Position numbers and translations under genes: made by a program. A stretch of 63,990 nt of DNA, the filler included, from Octopus bimaculoides (taxonomy: Eukaryota): assembly GCF_001194135.2 (NCBI RefSeq). It is 10 parts of 10 records of this genome, joined end to end, with 100 filler letters (N's around TTAATTAATTAA, not from the genome) between each part and the next. Parts side by side here need not be neighbours in the genome. Positions count along the whole stretch, not along the records: positions 26,253 to 29,527 come from NC_068987.1; positions 29,628 to 32,675 come from NC_068995.1; positions 32,776 to 34,363 come from NW_026398236.1; positions 34,464 to 43,453 come from NC_068981.1; 6 more parts are not named here. The stretch is one strand, 5' to 3'. The notes below the pieces were generated by a model, which was not told where the DNA came from, searched no databases, and was given only the letters and a program-made list of their open reading frames with translations. Positions 26,290 through 41,500 of the stretch are shown in pieces. Each line of letters begins with the position of its first letter. The first letter of the stretch is position 1.

Positions 26290-27097
26290 CTAGTTATAAA
26301 ATCTATGTGTGTATAATATATATACACACGTAGGAAAATATGTCTTGGAGACAGAGTAGTGTGCACGTACTGCAGATAGGACAGTGTGCATAGATATATG
26401 TACACACATAAAGACTCAGAGAAAATACGTGTGCATACATGGGTAAATAATTCGTACATAAGAAGGTACATGTATATTGATATATGATTATACATCATTC
26501 CTACACAAGGATATACATACTTTCATAATTATATTATGTACATAGTCATTCAAACAAGATTATGCATGTATACAACTCTTTAAATGTACATATCTTCCAC
26601 ATTATACATGTATTTTCAGTAGTTAAACTCACCTCGGGGTTCGATTCGAGAGGTATCCAAAACTGTTTGCTGTCTGACGCCATGCTGTCAACTAGAAGAA
26701 GAAAGTTAACTACTCACTCGCTGTCGTCTTCCTCCTACTTCTTTAATAAACCTACTCTTTCTGTTTTGTTTTCCTCCTACTTCTTCAATAAACCTACTCT
26801 TTCTTTTTTGTTTCCTCCCTTTCTCATACTTCCGCTTGCTTTTTTCACTTATAGCCGTCTACTCTGACTACTCTCTCCTTCTTTCACATCATTTTCTGTA
26901 TTTCTATTCCTGTCTTTGTTTCTCTCCCTCCTACTATTTCCGGTTTATCGCTCAGCTCTTGTATCTGTGCTCGCTGTTATTGTTTGAATAATATTCTTTT
27001 ATTATTGAGTCCCAGGTTTCATCATGCCGACTTAGATCAAACTTGTTATAACAGCGACCTAGTCGTTTTTTTTAAATTTATTATTATTATTATTTAA

Positions 27098-27480
27098 GGT
27101 GATGAGCTGGCAAAATCGTCAGCACACCGGGCAAATTACTTAGCGGCATTTCGTCTGTCCTTACGTTCTGAGTTCAAATTCTGCCGAGGTCGACTTCATC
27201 TTTCGTGGTCAATAAAATTCCCCCAAATTTCAGGCTTTATGCCTATAGCAGAAAGGATTATCATTATTATTAATATTATTATTATTATAAACTTACACCT
27301 AAGGCAGCGAGCTGGCAGAATAATAATCACACCGGACAAACTTATTAGCGGCATTTCGTCCGTCTTTATGTTCTGAATTTGACTTTTATCTTTTTGTGGT
27401 CGATAAAATAAGTACCAGTTGAGCACGAGGTTATCGACTTCACCCTTCCTCCAAAATTTCAGGTCTTCCGTTTATAGTAG
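27098..27480 (+). mobile_element. SINE family 2, two tandem copies
   Basis: GAGCTGGCAAAATCGTCAGCACACCGGGC...GTTCTGAGTTCAAATTCTGCCGAGGTCGAC, repeated after an (ATT)n tract. Confidence 0.8.
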
Positions 27481-27897
27481 AAGGTGATTATTATACCTAG
27501 ATCTGAATTGTCGTATGTGACCTCTCTTTAAACAGACTTGTGGTTCTAGGGATGAGTGACTACAGGCACGAACAGCAGGCTTTTTGATATCTTGCGCTTC
27601 ATTATCTAATGTTATATTTTTGTCTAAATTAAGCCGGTAAAGTGTGATTTGAGTTGGATGATATTTCGGCATTTATTCGTTATAACGTGTATTTTTTTTA
27701 TTTTTATGTCGCTTTAAATTTTTATAGTTTTCGGATGAATGCATACAAACAAAAATACCCTGTTGTTGATGTTGAAATTCCAATAAAGGAGCCTTGGATC
27801 TAGGTTAGAAACCGGCTCTTTCTGTACTGGCAAGAAATCACGAAAAACTGAACAATAACATACATACATACATGCATGCATGCACAGGCAGACAGAC

Positions 27898-27944
<47 letters not shown>

Positions 27945-28669
27945 GATAGATGCAGCGTAGACAGGTTCTAAATTTAGCAGGAGCGAGCACATAAACAAAA
28001 ATGCACCATGACACATAACAGACAATTTTTAACTCGTTTCTCTTATATGACGCGAAATATTTCATTAGTTAAAATATGTAATTGTGTTCTACGTTCCTTA
28101 ATTTCGTGGTTCAGTAAAAATGTCATTATGTTTGAAACTTACAACTACAGATATCGGTGTTACGTGAAAAAGATAAAACGCCATAGGATCGTCCAGTGTC
28201 GAAGGTTATGACACCAGGGTTTGTTTTGGTTCTTCAGATGTCAGCAACCAATACATCACAGGTGATTGAGCAGACAGTTCAAAAAACATGAGAGGGAGGT
28301 TGGGCAAATGACTCCACAAAGTTCTTCCAAGCCATGCGATTAACAGAAGAGAGAGAGACTCGACTTTTATTGCGTAAGTGAACTGAAGAATTTAAAAAAA
28401 TTGTTCAAAAGGTGCCAATTTTGAAAAATGTACTCGGCGTTGTAGCTGCTTAAAAGGGACAAAATTCAGTTTGTGGTCTGTAGAAGTTACTTCCCTTGGC
28501 ATCTCTTGAACATTAGTTTATGACCTAAAACTAAAAATTCTAACATGTTAGTCGATTACATTGACCTCAGTATTTAACTGGTACTTTTTTTTTTTTCCGA
28601 AGCCGAAAAGATTAAAAGATAATAGAAGATAACAATTATAGGATTTTATGGGACTTCGTCATAAAGACT

Positions 28670-28990
28670 GATCAACCAATGGTTCCGGTTTCAGTCCTGC
28701 TGCGCGGCATCTTGGGTAAATGTCTTTTACTATAGTCTCGGGCCAACCAAAGACTTGTGAGTGGATTTGGTAGACAGAAACTGAAAGATGCCCGTCGTAT
28801 ATATTTATGTAGGTTTGTGTCTTCCACCTCCCCACCCCCATTGCTTGACAACCGATGTTAGTGTGTTTACGTCCCCGTAACTCAACGGTCTGATAGAATT
28901 AGTACTGGGCTTACAAAGAATAAGTTCTGGGGTCGTCTTCTTCGACTATAAATCCTTTTAAGACCGAGCTCCAGCATGATCGCAATAAAA
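28670..28990 (+). mobile_element. Composite SINE family 1 copy (degenerate)
   Basis: Head and tail motifs shared with 19538-19950. Confidence 0.8.
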
Positions 28991-29627
28991 TAAAAAAATT
29001 TAAAAAAGAGTATTATGCCGCATCCATGTCTATCTTAAGATAGTTGCACACGAGCCTCACAGGCCAAGGGGTGGGCCCAATTCTGATTTATGCATTTAGT
29101 GACTTGCTGTCAATAAATGAATACTATATAAGTGGAAAAAGGTTGCGGAGCACTGGTGATTGCTATGTCTGCGTTGTGGTTTTAGTCAGTGGGTGTTGGG
29201 GGAAAAGAAGAGAAAGGTGGTTGGCCTTGTGAAGGGTGATAACTCTTGTCACATGGCAGCTCATGAATTTATAACAGAAAGTGAAATGAAAAAATAGGAA
29301 AATCATATTTTTAATGACAATTAACAGTATTATATAAAACAAAAAGATAATACAAAATTTGTGATAATATATATATATATATATATATATATAGAGTTAT
29401 TAATATTTCTAAGTCTCTCTAAAGGAGACTACGGCAGCGGTACTGGAAATTAATAGCTATCGCCAAGCCAACATGGCAGTCCCAAAATTAGGACGAAAGC
29501 TGCCGTGAATTAGCTCCAAGAAGCCATNNNNNNNNNNNNNNNNNNNNNNNNNNNNNNNNNNNNNNNNNNNNTTAATTAATTAANNNNNNNNNNNNNNNNN
29601 NNNNNNNNNNNNNNNNNNNNNNNNNNN

Positions 29628-29693
<66 letters not shown>

Positions 29694-30165
29694 CTCGTCT
29701 TGACATCATCTGATGATTGTGAACAAGCATCATTGTCATACAAGCAATGTTGTTCCTTTGTGGTCTTCCATGAAAAAACCCTTCTGGTGATGGTGAAATA
29801 TTACCTCTACTTGGAAACAAGCGAGGGCTAGCAACATGAAGGGCATCCAGCTGTAGAAAATCTGCCTCGAAAAAATTCCCGCCTGACCAATGCTAACATG
29901 GTAAAGGAGCCATTAAAATGATGACTATGATGATGAGGATGATGATGATGATCATGAGGATGATGTTGATAATGATGGTGATGATGATAATGCCACTTGC
30001 TCTAATCAAACACAAACGAATATGATGGCCAAATGAACTTCTTAAGCACATGTTGATGCCATTATAGTTAGGAAAAGGGCTAATACAAAACTTGATCCAA
30101 TTAATTGCCAGGCATTTGCAGCTGTGGTGTAGAGAGTAGAGAAAGCATTAATTGTAACGAACTGG

Positions 30166-30237
30166 GAATAGATATACTAAATAGATATACTAAATAGATA
30201 TACTAAATAGATATACTAAATAGATATACTAAATAGA
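30166..30237. repeat. 13-bp tandem repeat (AATAGATATACTA) x about 5
   Basis: Seen directly. Confidence 0.9.
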
Positions 30238-30984
30238 CCAGATAGAAATATTGAGATAAGATACAGCGGTTTTTATTCCTCATAACCATTCATGTCTTAG
30301 ATCTTTATATATTAGTAATATAAAATCTAGGGTAAGAGGATTAATTGAGAAATGTATAAGTCTTGAGAAATGCACAGCAAATATAAAAAGAAGAGAGAGA
30401 GAAGTTTAGATTAAACATGTTTGAAAGGGTGAAGAATTGTTATTTCATCAAATTTAATCTCAGGTCTTAGAATTAGATAAGAATAACACGAGAATAAGAG
30501 AGAATATTGAATGCAATTAGGAAAAAGAAAAATATATAACAAAAAGAAATATGTTGAGTAATTAGAGAGATAAAAATAAAGAATGTTAATTTATGAATCG
30601 GTTGCTAGAGATATAAATGAGCTTAATCTGCTGAAATATCCTGCCTTTGGAAATAATGAGGAATTTAGTTAAATAGTTAAATAATTTGTTGTATCTTGGG
30701 AGGGTCATTATGCCCATAATAAACACACACACTGGTTGTATTTCCCTTCTTTTATTACTATTAGTCAACTTCAGGTGTGTACGGGCAGAATTGTTACTGT
30801 GCCAGACAAAATGCTGAGTGGCATTTCTTCCGATTTTATGTTCTGAGTTTAAATGCTGCCAGGGTCGACTTTGCCTTTCATCTTTGCAGGAAGGGCAGGG
30901 GGGGGGGATATATAGGTTGAGCAATGGGGTCGATGTAATCGGCCCCAATGCTCAATTGGAGACCATTATTATTATTATTAAAGT

Positions 30985-31172
30985 CAAGGCACCCTCCATC
31001 GCTTGACAACTGATGTTGGTGTGTTTGTGTCCCCATAACTTAGTGGTTCAGCAAAAAAGACCGATAGAATAAGTACTAGGCTTACAGAGAATAAGACTTG
31101 GGGTCGATTTGTTCGACTAAAGGTGGTGCTCCAGCATGTCCACAGTCAGATGACTGAAACAAATAAAAGAAT
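30985..31172 (+). mobile_element. SINE family 1 tail
   Basis: CCATCGCTTGACAAC...GGTGCTCCAGCATG...ATAAAAGA. A shorter tail piece lies at 38970-39060. Confidence 0.75.
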
Positions 31173-32424
31173 AAGCCTATAATAAACCTTTCTACTATAA
31201 GCAAAGTAATCAACTAGGACCCTAAAATTTCAGGGGGGTGGTGGCTAGCTGATTACNNNNNNNNNNNNNNNNNNNNNNNNNNNNNNNNNNNNNNNNNNNN
31301 NNNNNNNNNNNNNNNNNNNNNNNNNNNNNNNNNNNNNNNNNNNNNNNNNNNNNNNNNNNNNNNNNNNNNNNNNNNNNNNNNNNNNNNNNNNNNNNNNNNN
31401 NNNNNNNNNNNNNNNNNNNNNNNNNNNNNNNNNNNNNNNNNNNNNNNNNNNNNNNNNNNNNNNNNNNNNNNNNNNNNNNNNNNNNNNNNNNNNNNNNNNN
31501 NNNNNNNNNNNNNNNNNNNNNNNNNNNNNNNNNNNNNNNNNNNNNNNNNNNNNNNNNNNNNNNNNNNNNNNNNNNNNNNNNNNNNNNNNNNNNNNNNNNN
31601 NNNNNNNNNNNNNNNNNNNNNNNNNNNNNNNNNNNNNNNNNNNNNNNNNNNNNNNNNNNNNNNNNNNNNNNNNNNNNNNNNNNNNNNNNNNNNNNNNNNN
31701 NNNNNNNNNNNNNNNNNNNNNNNNNNNNNNNNNNNNNNNNNNNNNNNNNNNNNNNNNNNNNNNNNNNNNNNCCCTTGTTTCGCTACAACATTAAGAAGAG
31801 AAAGAAAAAAAAAACAAAACCAACCAATAAAAAAGAAAACCAAATAATCAAACTACCAAACTATCCCTAATGAAATGAGAAAGAGGTAGGGTGTTTGTTG
31901 GTCCCTATAGATTTGGTTGACAGCCTAATCTGTTCTACATTTCATAGCAGCTGTGAAGTCTAACAGACATAACCATCTGTTTTAGTCATAAAAGAATCCT
32001 CTAGGACCATTGCTGTACTAAATCCATTCATTTCTTTAAACCCCTTTTAATGCCCGGGTTCAATTTTTATTTACAATATTCTAGTTGCTGCATAATAAAA
32101 ATATTTCAAAAAACAGTTCTTTTTTTTATGTGTGTGTGTGTATGCGTGTGTGCGTATATGTGATGTCATCAATCACAAAAGAAAGAAGAGAAAGGAATAA
32201 ACGCTTTGTGGGTTTGTGACCTTCGCAATCATCATTCTGTTTTGTTCTCATTGTCTGTTGCTAGGCTTTCTGCTCCACACCCCAAAATCAAACATCATAT
32301 GACTTCAGCTCTGTCGTCTGCCAACAGATGTTTTGTGTTGATCATTGTATTCTGTGATGGATGTAAAGAATTATGAATCAAACAAGGAATATTCCAGAAG
32401 TTTGTTCTGTCTGTAGGTGGTGTG

Positions 32425-32575
32425 CAGTTAAGAAGCTTGCTTTGCAACCCATGTGGTCTCTGGTTCAGTCCCACTGCATGGCATCTTCGGCAAATGTTTT
32501 CTTCTATAGTCCTGGACTGACCAGTGCCCTGTGAGTGAATTTGGTAGATGGAAACAGAAAGAAGCCCATCGTATA
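32425..32575 (+). mobile_element. SINE family 1 head
   Basis: Shared head motif followed by (TA)n and a gap. Confidence 0.75.
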
Positions 32576-32614
32576 TGTATATATATATATATATAAATAT
32601 ACACACACACACAC

Positions 32615-32675
<61 letters not shown>

Positions 32676-32859
32676 NNNNNNNNNNNNNNNNNNNNNNNNN
32701 NNNNNNNNNNNNNNNNNNNTTAATTAATTAANNNNNNNNNNNNNNNNNNNNNNNNNNNNNNNNNNNNNNNNNNNNCTGCCCTAACCACTGGGCCATTGCG
32801 CCTCCACGCCAAATGCTCAGTACTTAATATGAAAAGAAGGAAGAAAGCAGCCTGCAAAG

Positions 32860-33300
32860 GATTGCGGTTACCATCAGGAGAGACCATGGGTTAGGGTTAT
32901 AGATATTTAAGGATTTTGGAGCTGGATGACATTCTACACAGAGAAATAAAAGTCAAGGTGAGCGAGGCATATCAAGAAAGAGTGAAGATGGTGTTGAAAT
33001 CCAACCTGAAAGCCAGAAATTTGATCACGCAATGAATATCTGGGCAGTTGTGGTGGTCAGATATAGTGTGTCCGTCCTCCAATGGACTAAGGAGGAAATA
33101 TCAACACTGAATAGAAGGACGAAAAGGTTGATGATGCTGCATGGGGAGCTACACCCTAAAGCAAACATAAACAGACTGTATATAAAAAGAAAGAATGTAT
33201 AAGAAGTGAAAGGAGAACGCTTGCCGAGTATTTGATAAATAGTGATGAAGACCTGTTGCAGTATGCCGTAAAAGATATGGGTGTAAACGCAGATGAAATG
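32860..33300 (+). mobile_element. R4/Dong-like non-LTR retrotransposon RT C-terminal fragment
   Basis: YRYLRILE...VKMVLKSNL...NIWAVVVVRYS...WTKEEISTLNRRTKRLMMLHGELHPKANINRLYIKRK with frameshifts. Confidence 0.75.
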
Positions 33301-33395
33301 ATGGGCTTTTATGCACGACATCATTGTTGAGAGGAAAAATATTTGGATTTACTTCGAAAAACTCTCACGCAGATACTTATTCTCTTATTCTATTG

Positions 33396-33431
<36 letters not shown>

Positions 33432-33552
33432 GGGAGGCAGGGAGAGAGAGAGAGATAGAGAGAGAGAGCAAGGGACGAAGAGAGCAGGAGAGGGAGGGAG
33501 GGAGAAAGTGAAAGTGAGACAGAGGGAGAGAGAGAGAGAGGTTGAGAGCAAA

Positions 33553-33607
<55 letters not shown>

Positions 33608-33838
33608 AAGTTTTTGTGTATGTGAATGTGAGATGGACAGTATGTGTCTGAGACAGAGTGTGAGAGAGGGAGAGAAACAGGGAGAGAGGGAGAGAAACAG
33701 GGAGAGAGGGAGGGAGGGAGAGAAAGAGAGAGAGAGAGAAAGAGATAGTGTGTCTGTGTGCACATGCATGTGAGAAGTGATAGAGAGAGACAGAAAGAGA
33801 GTGAGTGTATGTGTGTGCACATGTATGTGAGAGATGAT

Positions 33839-33879
<41 letters not shown>

Positions 33880-34623
33880 AACTGACGGGGAGGGAGAGTT
33901 AGTCTTCTGAATTTAAAGTGAAGGAAAAGGAAAAATTCATGAAATAAGAGGTTGACATTTGAAAACTTAATTGTTGATTATTATATGCCGGAAGTGTGCT
34001 TAGAATATTAAGTGGTCCTTTATAAGAACTGTGAGGGTCTGTCAGACTCGTTGAAGGGTTTGTGAGGGCTGAGAAGGTGTGCTGGTGTGAGAAATATGTA
34101 AAGTTTGGGAAAGTCTGTGAGGTCTGCAATGGTTGCAAGAGTTCAAAAAATTGCAAGGGTATGTAAGGGCCAGTAAGGGTCTCTCTGTGTGCATCCAGTG
34201 GAGTGTTTGTCTGTTAAGGACATCAGGGTCTGTAAGTGTTGTCAACTTTGCCTTTCATCCATTCAGGGATCAATAAAATAGGGCACTGGGATTGACTAGT
34301 CCCTTCTACCAAATTCGGCCCTTGTGAATTTAGTAGAAAGGATTATAATAATAATAATAATAANNNNNNNNNNNNNNNNNNNNNNNNNNNNNNNNNNNNN
34401 NNNNNNNTTAATTAATTAANNNNNNNNNNNNNNNNNNNNNNNNNNNNNNNNNNNNNNNNNNNNAAGAGCATCACAGCAAACCACAGCACATACCCAAGGC
34501 ACACAGAGCTGCGCTCGGTAGTGAAGTGAAAGCACGTTATAAAAATAAAACTACTGAATACTAATAATAATAAGAATAACAATAATGATGATGATTATAA
34601 TAATAATAATAATAATAATAATA

Positions 34624-34688
<65 letters not shown>

Positions 34689-36457
34689 GTCCTTCTAGGA
34701 TGTTTAAATTATTAAATTGTCAGAGACTGCATATCACTCGTCAATAATTTTGTAATAGAGTCGGGATAGTTTTGCAGTGACATTAACCATTACGATTGTG
34801 GTTTATTTTTATTATGTCTATGAAATAGAAAGAGAGATATATTGGTATCTATGGAGTTCATACATTCATGTCACATTAAGAGAAATGGCATTTTATACAG
34901 TGATTAAAGGATCCTTATGAACTTTGTGCAGGTAACTCAGCTTGCATATTTGAGGAGCCATCTGCATCTGGAAATCATATGTGAATGCCTGTTTCCCAAA
35001 TCACAGGCTGAATCTTGAGTAAAACTATGCCTATAATCGTTGTTGCAGTAATTATTGGCGAGTTTATTTCCTTGTGTGGTTTTAGTATTAATGTTCATTT
35101 GTAGTTTGTTTTATTGCTCTTTAATCATTTATTGTTCGATCTGAAACTAGATATTTCAGGCAAAAGATACAATTGGCCTAGACATCTATGTGCTCACACC
35201 AAATCATAGAAACAGAAAAGTACAGTTTTCCTTTTTTACCATCTTACCAAGTTGTTAACATTGCGTTCTACTGCGCACTGCAAATATGAGTTGTTTAATC
35301 CCTGTATTGGTCACCTACCTTACAACCAAGTTTCACCCTTGTTGCATCCGTTATGATACGTCGCTTTTGTGTGCTTGTACATTGTCCACACGCAAAGGAA
35401 AGTCGTTTGGTTGAGTAACAGGCATTTGTATTTGATGGTATTCTGAATAACCATAGAAAATCTGAAGGAAGTAATTAGAGGCTACCACGGTTTTGTTCGC
35501 CCGATTATATGAAAAGAAAAAAACAAGTGTATGTATTGACTTTACTGTATACACGAGATAGCTAGAATATAATGTCAGAAAACCTGGACATGATACAACA
35601 ATTGTAACTACTGAATTGATAACAGAATAGCTAGGAATATCTTATTGTCTAGGGTTGTTCAAACTTGTTGAATTTATCTATTCATCTAAATTTAGTTGCT
35701 TACTGAAAGACCTTCAGAAAATTCGTCAAAAATTCATCTTTTCTGTTGTTATACGAGTAATACATATTTTCATCATTGTACATGCGAAAACACGATATCT
35801 TCATATATTTATAAATGTAGCCAACTCTTCATTATCAGGGGAAGAGAAAAAGAGAGAGAACTCTTTTTCGCTATTGTGAGAAAGTAATATTTCACGTATG
35901 CACATGCCACAGGGTGGTTACAGCTGAATGGCTGAAATTTGCTAACTTCTTTCTCTGCAGACTACATACGTATGAATATTTAAGAGATTGGATAATGTTA
36001 TTAAATGTACTAGACATAGCTTCAATTGTTTCTACCTTAGCAATACTTGTGTTCGATGAAATATGAAAATATTTACTTGAACATAAAAAAAAATTCTATT
36101 CTAAATTAATATATTATACAAGAATTTAAAATGGGATTGAAATAAAATCCAAAGGAAACGATAAATATCTTTTAAATGAATACTGAACCGAATATTTTTG
36201 AATGCTAAAAAATGCTAAAATGTTATCAGTTGAAACTATTCAATGTGTCATTTTGCATCATAAAACTTTATTATTATCTAACGTACGGCTTTCTTTCACT
36301 TTCTCTTCATCTTTCTTAATTATTTCCTTTTCAGCCTTCTTGCTACTATTTTTCCATTCTGCACTCTTCCTTATATATAGTAATGTCTCTTTTTCTCGTC
36401 CCCTGATTCCTTATCTTTATTCTTCAGCTACTAATATGTATGTCTATGTTTCAGCCA

Positions 36458-36529
<72 letters not shown>

Positions 36530-37925
36530 GTATCTCTGACTGTCTTTAAGATTCTTTCATCTGTCAATCAGATGAAATGTATACTGTGCAACTGTTTGTA
36601 TATCTATTTACTTTCATTTTATGCATTTACGAGATGGCTCTTTGCCCTAAGCTCCTACTATTCCAGTTTTAATGTTATAGATATATCTGAATCAAAATAC
36701 TTTCAAATAATATGCTTGAAGTTATAGATATTGTTTCTCTTACTTCTAAATCTACAATAAAAAAATTTGGTAGATGCATTATACTTCAAACTAACTACAA
36801 ATTCAGCTGATAAACATTTTCTGCTGATACCTTTATTCTTTATGGTCTTAATTCAAGATTTTACACATCTGGTGCTCTGTAACAGAATATTCTCTTTTAG
36901 CTCTAAAAGTATCAGGATTATCTCATAATTAAAAGAAATGAGCTTTCTTTTACATTACTAAAATATAGGATAAAATACGTTTTTCATCTCTAACCTAATT
37001 TTGTAATAAGTTTTGTCCCGTATTATGAGGAAACAATCGAGACTGCTGTATATCTGTTGTTTGTTTATCTAGTTCAATGAGCAACTTGAGTTCTAATCGG
37101 AAATCAAAGCATTTTATTTCCCAATTTGAATTCTAATCGGAAACCAAGGAATTTCATTCTGTAATATATTTAGTTAAAAGTGTTACTGCCTCAAGCAGTT
37201 TAACTACTCTAATTAAATAAAACTGCTTTGCTATTGACTGAGCACTAAGGAAATTCTAGATATCTAATAAATTAATTTAGGAACAATACTAACTCAGCGG
37301 AATATTCGAACTTAGAAACAAAAGCGGTGAATGTATTTTCGACTTAAACCAACAGATTTGAAGAATCATTAGGGAAATTTACGTTAAGGGTAAATTATTT
37401 ATGCCAAGGGTTAATTATTAGAAAATCTATAAAAGCATGTAAATAAATTCTAATGGTGAATCGAATCGAGTATCAAATGAGAACAAAACGCATTACAAGA
37501 AAAGGTGGGTGCTTTACGCCGTCAGTCCAGAAAGATAGTACTCAGTTAAAAAAAGATTGAATCCAACTAGTGTAAGTATTTCTTGGTATTGCTCGAGGAA
37601 ATTTATTCCCCACTATAGTGCTAGATGTTATCTCGAGTACGTGCTTTAAAATGCTGAAAATTACACTTGATTAATTTAACATAATTTTATAGTTCTCAAC
37701 TGAAGTGGATCTGCATGATTTCAGTTCGAAACTCAAAGAAAATATACTAATCCATAGACAGAACTGATAAGGTAAGAAAGTAAAAAAAAACAAAAATAAA
37801 ACAACTGAATGAGGATGACTGGAAATGCACTCAAGAAGAATGTCAGAACTGATATAAAGAAACGTGCTTGTAGTATTAAGTTACAAATATATTCTGTTCC
37901 AAAGAGTCTTCTCTAATCACAAAAC

Positions 37926-37977
<52 letters not shown>

Positions 37978-38501
37978 NNNNNNNNNNNNNNNNNNNNNNN
38001 NNNNNNNNNNNNNNNNNNNNNNNNNNNNNNNNNNNNNNNNNNNNNNNNNNNNNNNNNNNNNNNNNNNNNNNNNNNNNNNNNNNNNNNNNNNNNNNNNNNN
38101 NNNNNNNNNNNNNNNNNNNNNNNNNNNNNNNNNNNNNNNNNNNNNNNNNNNNNNNNNNNNNNNNNNNNNNNNNNNNNNNNNNNNNNNNNNNNNNNNNNNN
38201 NNNNNNNNNNNNNNNNNNNNNNNNNNNNNNNNNNNNNNNNNNNNNNNNNNNNNNNNNNNNNNNNNNNNNNNNNNNNNNNNNNNNNNNNNNNNNNNNNNNN
38301 NNNNNNNNNNNNNNNNNNNNNNNNNNNNNNNNNNNNNNNNNNNNNNNNTTCCTTTCTTTCTATTTCTTTCTTTCTTACTCTTTACGTAAATGTGCATGCG
38401 CGTGTGTGTGTGGTTGTGTACTTGTGTGGTTGTGTGTGTGTGTGGTTGTGTGTGTGTGGTTGTGTGTGTGTGGTTGTGTACTTGTGTGGTTGTGTGTGTG
38501 G

Positions 38502-38540
<39 letters not shown>

Positions 38541-41500
38541 CATCTGTGTAGTTAGGGGCGCTGCACTCATGATTGTAAGATTATAATTTCGGTTCCCCAT
38601 GCGTTCTATTCTTGAGCATAACACCTCATTTCACGTCTACTCTGCTCGCGAAAATGAGTGATTTTACGACGGACAGCATCCTGTCCAGGGTGGGTGGAAT
38701 ATGCATGTTACAGAATCCGGGAAACCAGCTTTCTAAGCCTTTGGAGTGGGACTTACCTTTGATCTATTTTGTGTGTTTGTGTGCACAGAGGATGAGAGAC
38801 GGAAAGACATACAGGAATGTTTCATACACTTCGTACATTTATTCCTAAGAAGTTTACAAATATATTCATTCAAAAGAACGCATTGTATCCAATAGAAATA
38901 TATGCCGCATATATCTGACACAGAAACAGTCCATGTCTCTGATTCACTCGTATGTACTAACGTATATGCAGGGTCGATTTAGTCGACTAAAAAGCATTTG
39001 TTCAGGGCGGTGACCCAGCACGGCCACAGTCTAATGACAAACAAGTAAAAGATAAAAGAAATTTTGTATGATATCTATAAGAGGATAAACTATTATTATA
39101 TAACACTGGAAATGTAATAAAGAAAAGTAATGATGGATGCCTCAATTGAAAGCTCTAAATGTTGGCTAAAGGAAATACATTTGTATGACTTAATGACTTT
39201 TGAAAGGCATAAATTGCATAGACCTGATGGTTTCACTTCAAACTAGAACCAAAATTTGTCTTCACGTTTCTCACAAATGTAGGACAAGAACGCAACACAT
39301 CTAGACAGTTAGGTGATACAAAAAAGGGACAACAAAACAACCAGATAGACGATACAAAGAAAACAAGGACAGGTCATTCGGAGTTTTCTTTCCTCAGTCA
39401 AACTCCAAATTATCTTTGTAATTTTGGCTGGTTATACTCGAGGTTGCTCCAAACTGGCCAGCCCCCAAGGAAAAACAGAGCTAAGAGCATTAGATTCCTT
39501 GGAAGGAAGCAGTGAATGTATACGAAAACAAGGACGGAAAAAAACGGAGAATGTTACACAAATACAAATAACAGGACATAACAACAGGTGTCTTTCGATA
39601 TATATATATATATATATATAAACAACAAGGATAATATATAGTTAGTATGTTCTTTTACCTCAGTACTCCTTTGTTAAATACCAGTATATACCAATTGATC
39701 AATATTCACAGATATCATCTGATAAGTTAGTATTTAGGTATATAATATGTATAAATAACGCTAAACTTTAACTTTATACAATATGGCAATATTGTTTAAA
39801 ATATTTAACTATACTACTACATGATAAGGTTTCCCCCGTTTCATTATCAATGGTCTGCTAGTAGCCGGCCCCCTTAATTGTCAATTAACATCTTGATTTA
39901 AGTTTTCCTGGACCAAATCTCATGATATTGCTTCTAATAAATCTTGATAAATTTTTTATGACTTTACCGACTATGATTTCTGTCGACTCCCTCAGCCCTA
40001 TTCCTAACAGACACTACTCCTTGTTCTCTCGGCCTTAGATATACAAAGATTTGATAAAACTAGTCTATAAATCAAAACTGACCCCATAAAACAATGACAC
40101 TCAAGATCTGTAACAAGTCTTTCTTCCTGATACTTTAGTAGCTTCTAAGCTGAAGTGAAGGTAGCATGTTCTTTGTCTATCTCCTTACCTTCTTGAAGAT
40201 TTTAGGTAAAATTATACTAATGTGCCCATCTGTTCTAATTGAATTAAATTCTATGTCTTTATGCAGCTGAGGATTGCTCTGCATTTAAATTGATGTAATG
40301 CTTGCAGTGCTCAATTAAATGGAGTTGCTTGAAACGATCATACTGCATTACCTCTGGATATCCTTGTTGCTTATTCTGATTTTAATCACCTTATTTTGAA
40401 ATTGTATGGATAGTACCGTACTAAATTCTGGTGCCTCAACTTAAGTACATTATTCATCTCAATATATATATGTAAATATATATACAGAGAGAGAGGGAAA
40501 GAGAAACTGGGCGAAAGTATAAGGAAATGAAGTGAGGGAATATTTATTATTTATTTCCATTAGATTACAGCTGTTTTATATATGATGTATATGATATGTA
40601 TCATATATATATATATATATATANNNNNNNNNNNNNNNNNNNNNNNNNNNNNNNNNNNNNNNNNNNNNNNNNNNNNNNNNNNNNNNNNNNNNNNNNNNNN
40701 NNNNNNNNNNNNNNNNNNNNNNNNNNNNNNNNNNNNNNNNNNNNNNNNNNNNNNNNNNNNNNNNNNNNNNNNNNNNNNNNNNNNNNNNNNNNNNNNNNNN
40801 NNNNNNNNNNNNNNNNNNNNNNNNNNNNNNNNNNNNNNNNNNNNNNNNNNNNNNNNNNNNNNNNNNNNNNNNNNNNNNNNNNNNNNNNNNNNNNNNNNNN
40901 NNNNNNNNNNNNTATATATAATTTTTACAAACGCATATATATCTGCAAGTGTATATGAGTACATATTTGTGTGCGTGCATTTATTCATATAAATATATAT
41001 GTGTGATGCGTGTGCATGTGTCAGCTCGTGAACGTAGAAACGTGAGTATTTAAACTAGCGAATCGGAATAGCAATGAATCTATATACATAGTTACATAGG
41101 AGAGTGTGAATATATGCATTTCCTTCAGTTTATGAAGCCGATTCATAAGCCGCTGAACAATATCATTGAACAGAACAATTTTATCAATGATTTGGTTACC
41201 AGTTTAGCGATTCTGCAGCAAATTGCTCATTATGCTTTTTCTCTTGGGGGAGTGATAATAAATTTGGCTTGTAAATATAAATATAATAGCCGGAGAGATA
41301 AGACTGTAGATTTTTCTAATAGATCGTAAGTTCATATCTTAAGTGTATATCTTTCTTCAAGAAAAAAATGAAAGAAAGAAAGAAAGAAAGATACAAAAAC
41401 AGTTTAACTATACTTCTCTTCTGAATCCATAGCCGTAAATAATGTCGGAGAGCTGACAGAACGGTTAGCATCCCAAATGCTTAGCGAGTTCGAATTCCGC

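Noticed and set aside
35351-35465. Minus-strand terminal-exon-like ORF (IFYGYSEYHQIQMP...)
   Set aside because: Hydrophilic, no recognisable homology, no linked exons; compatible with chance.
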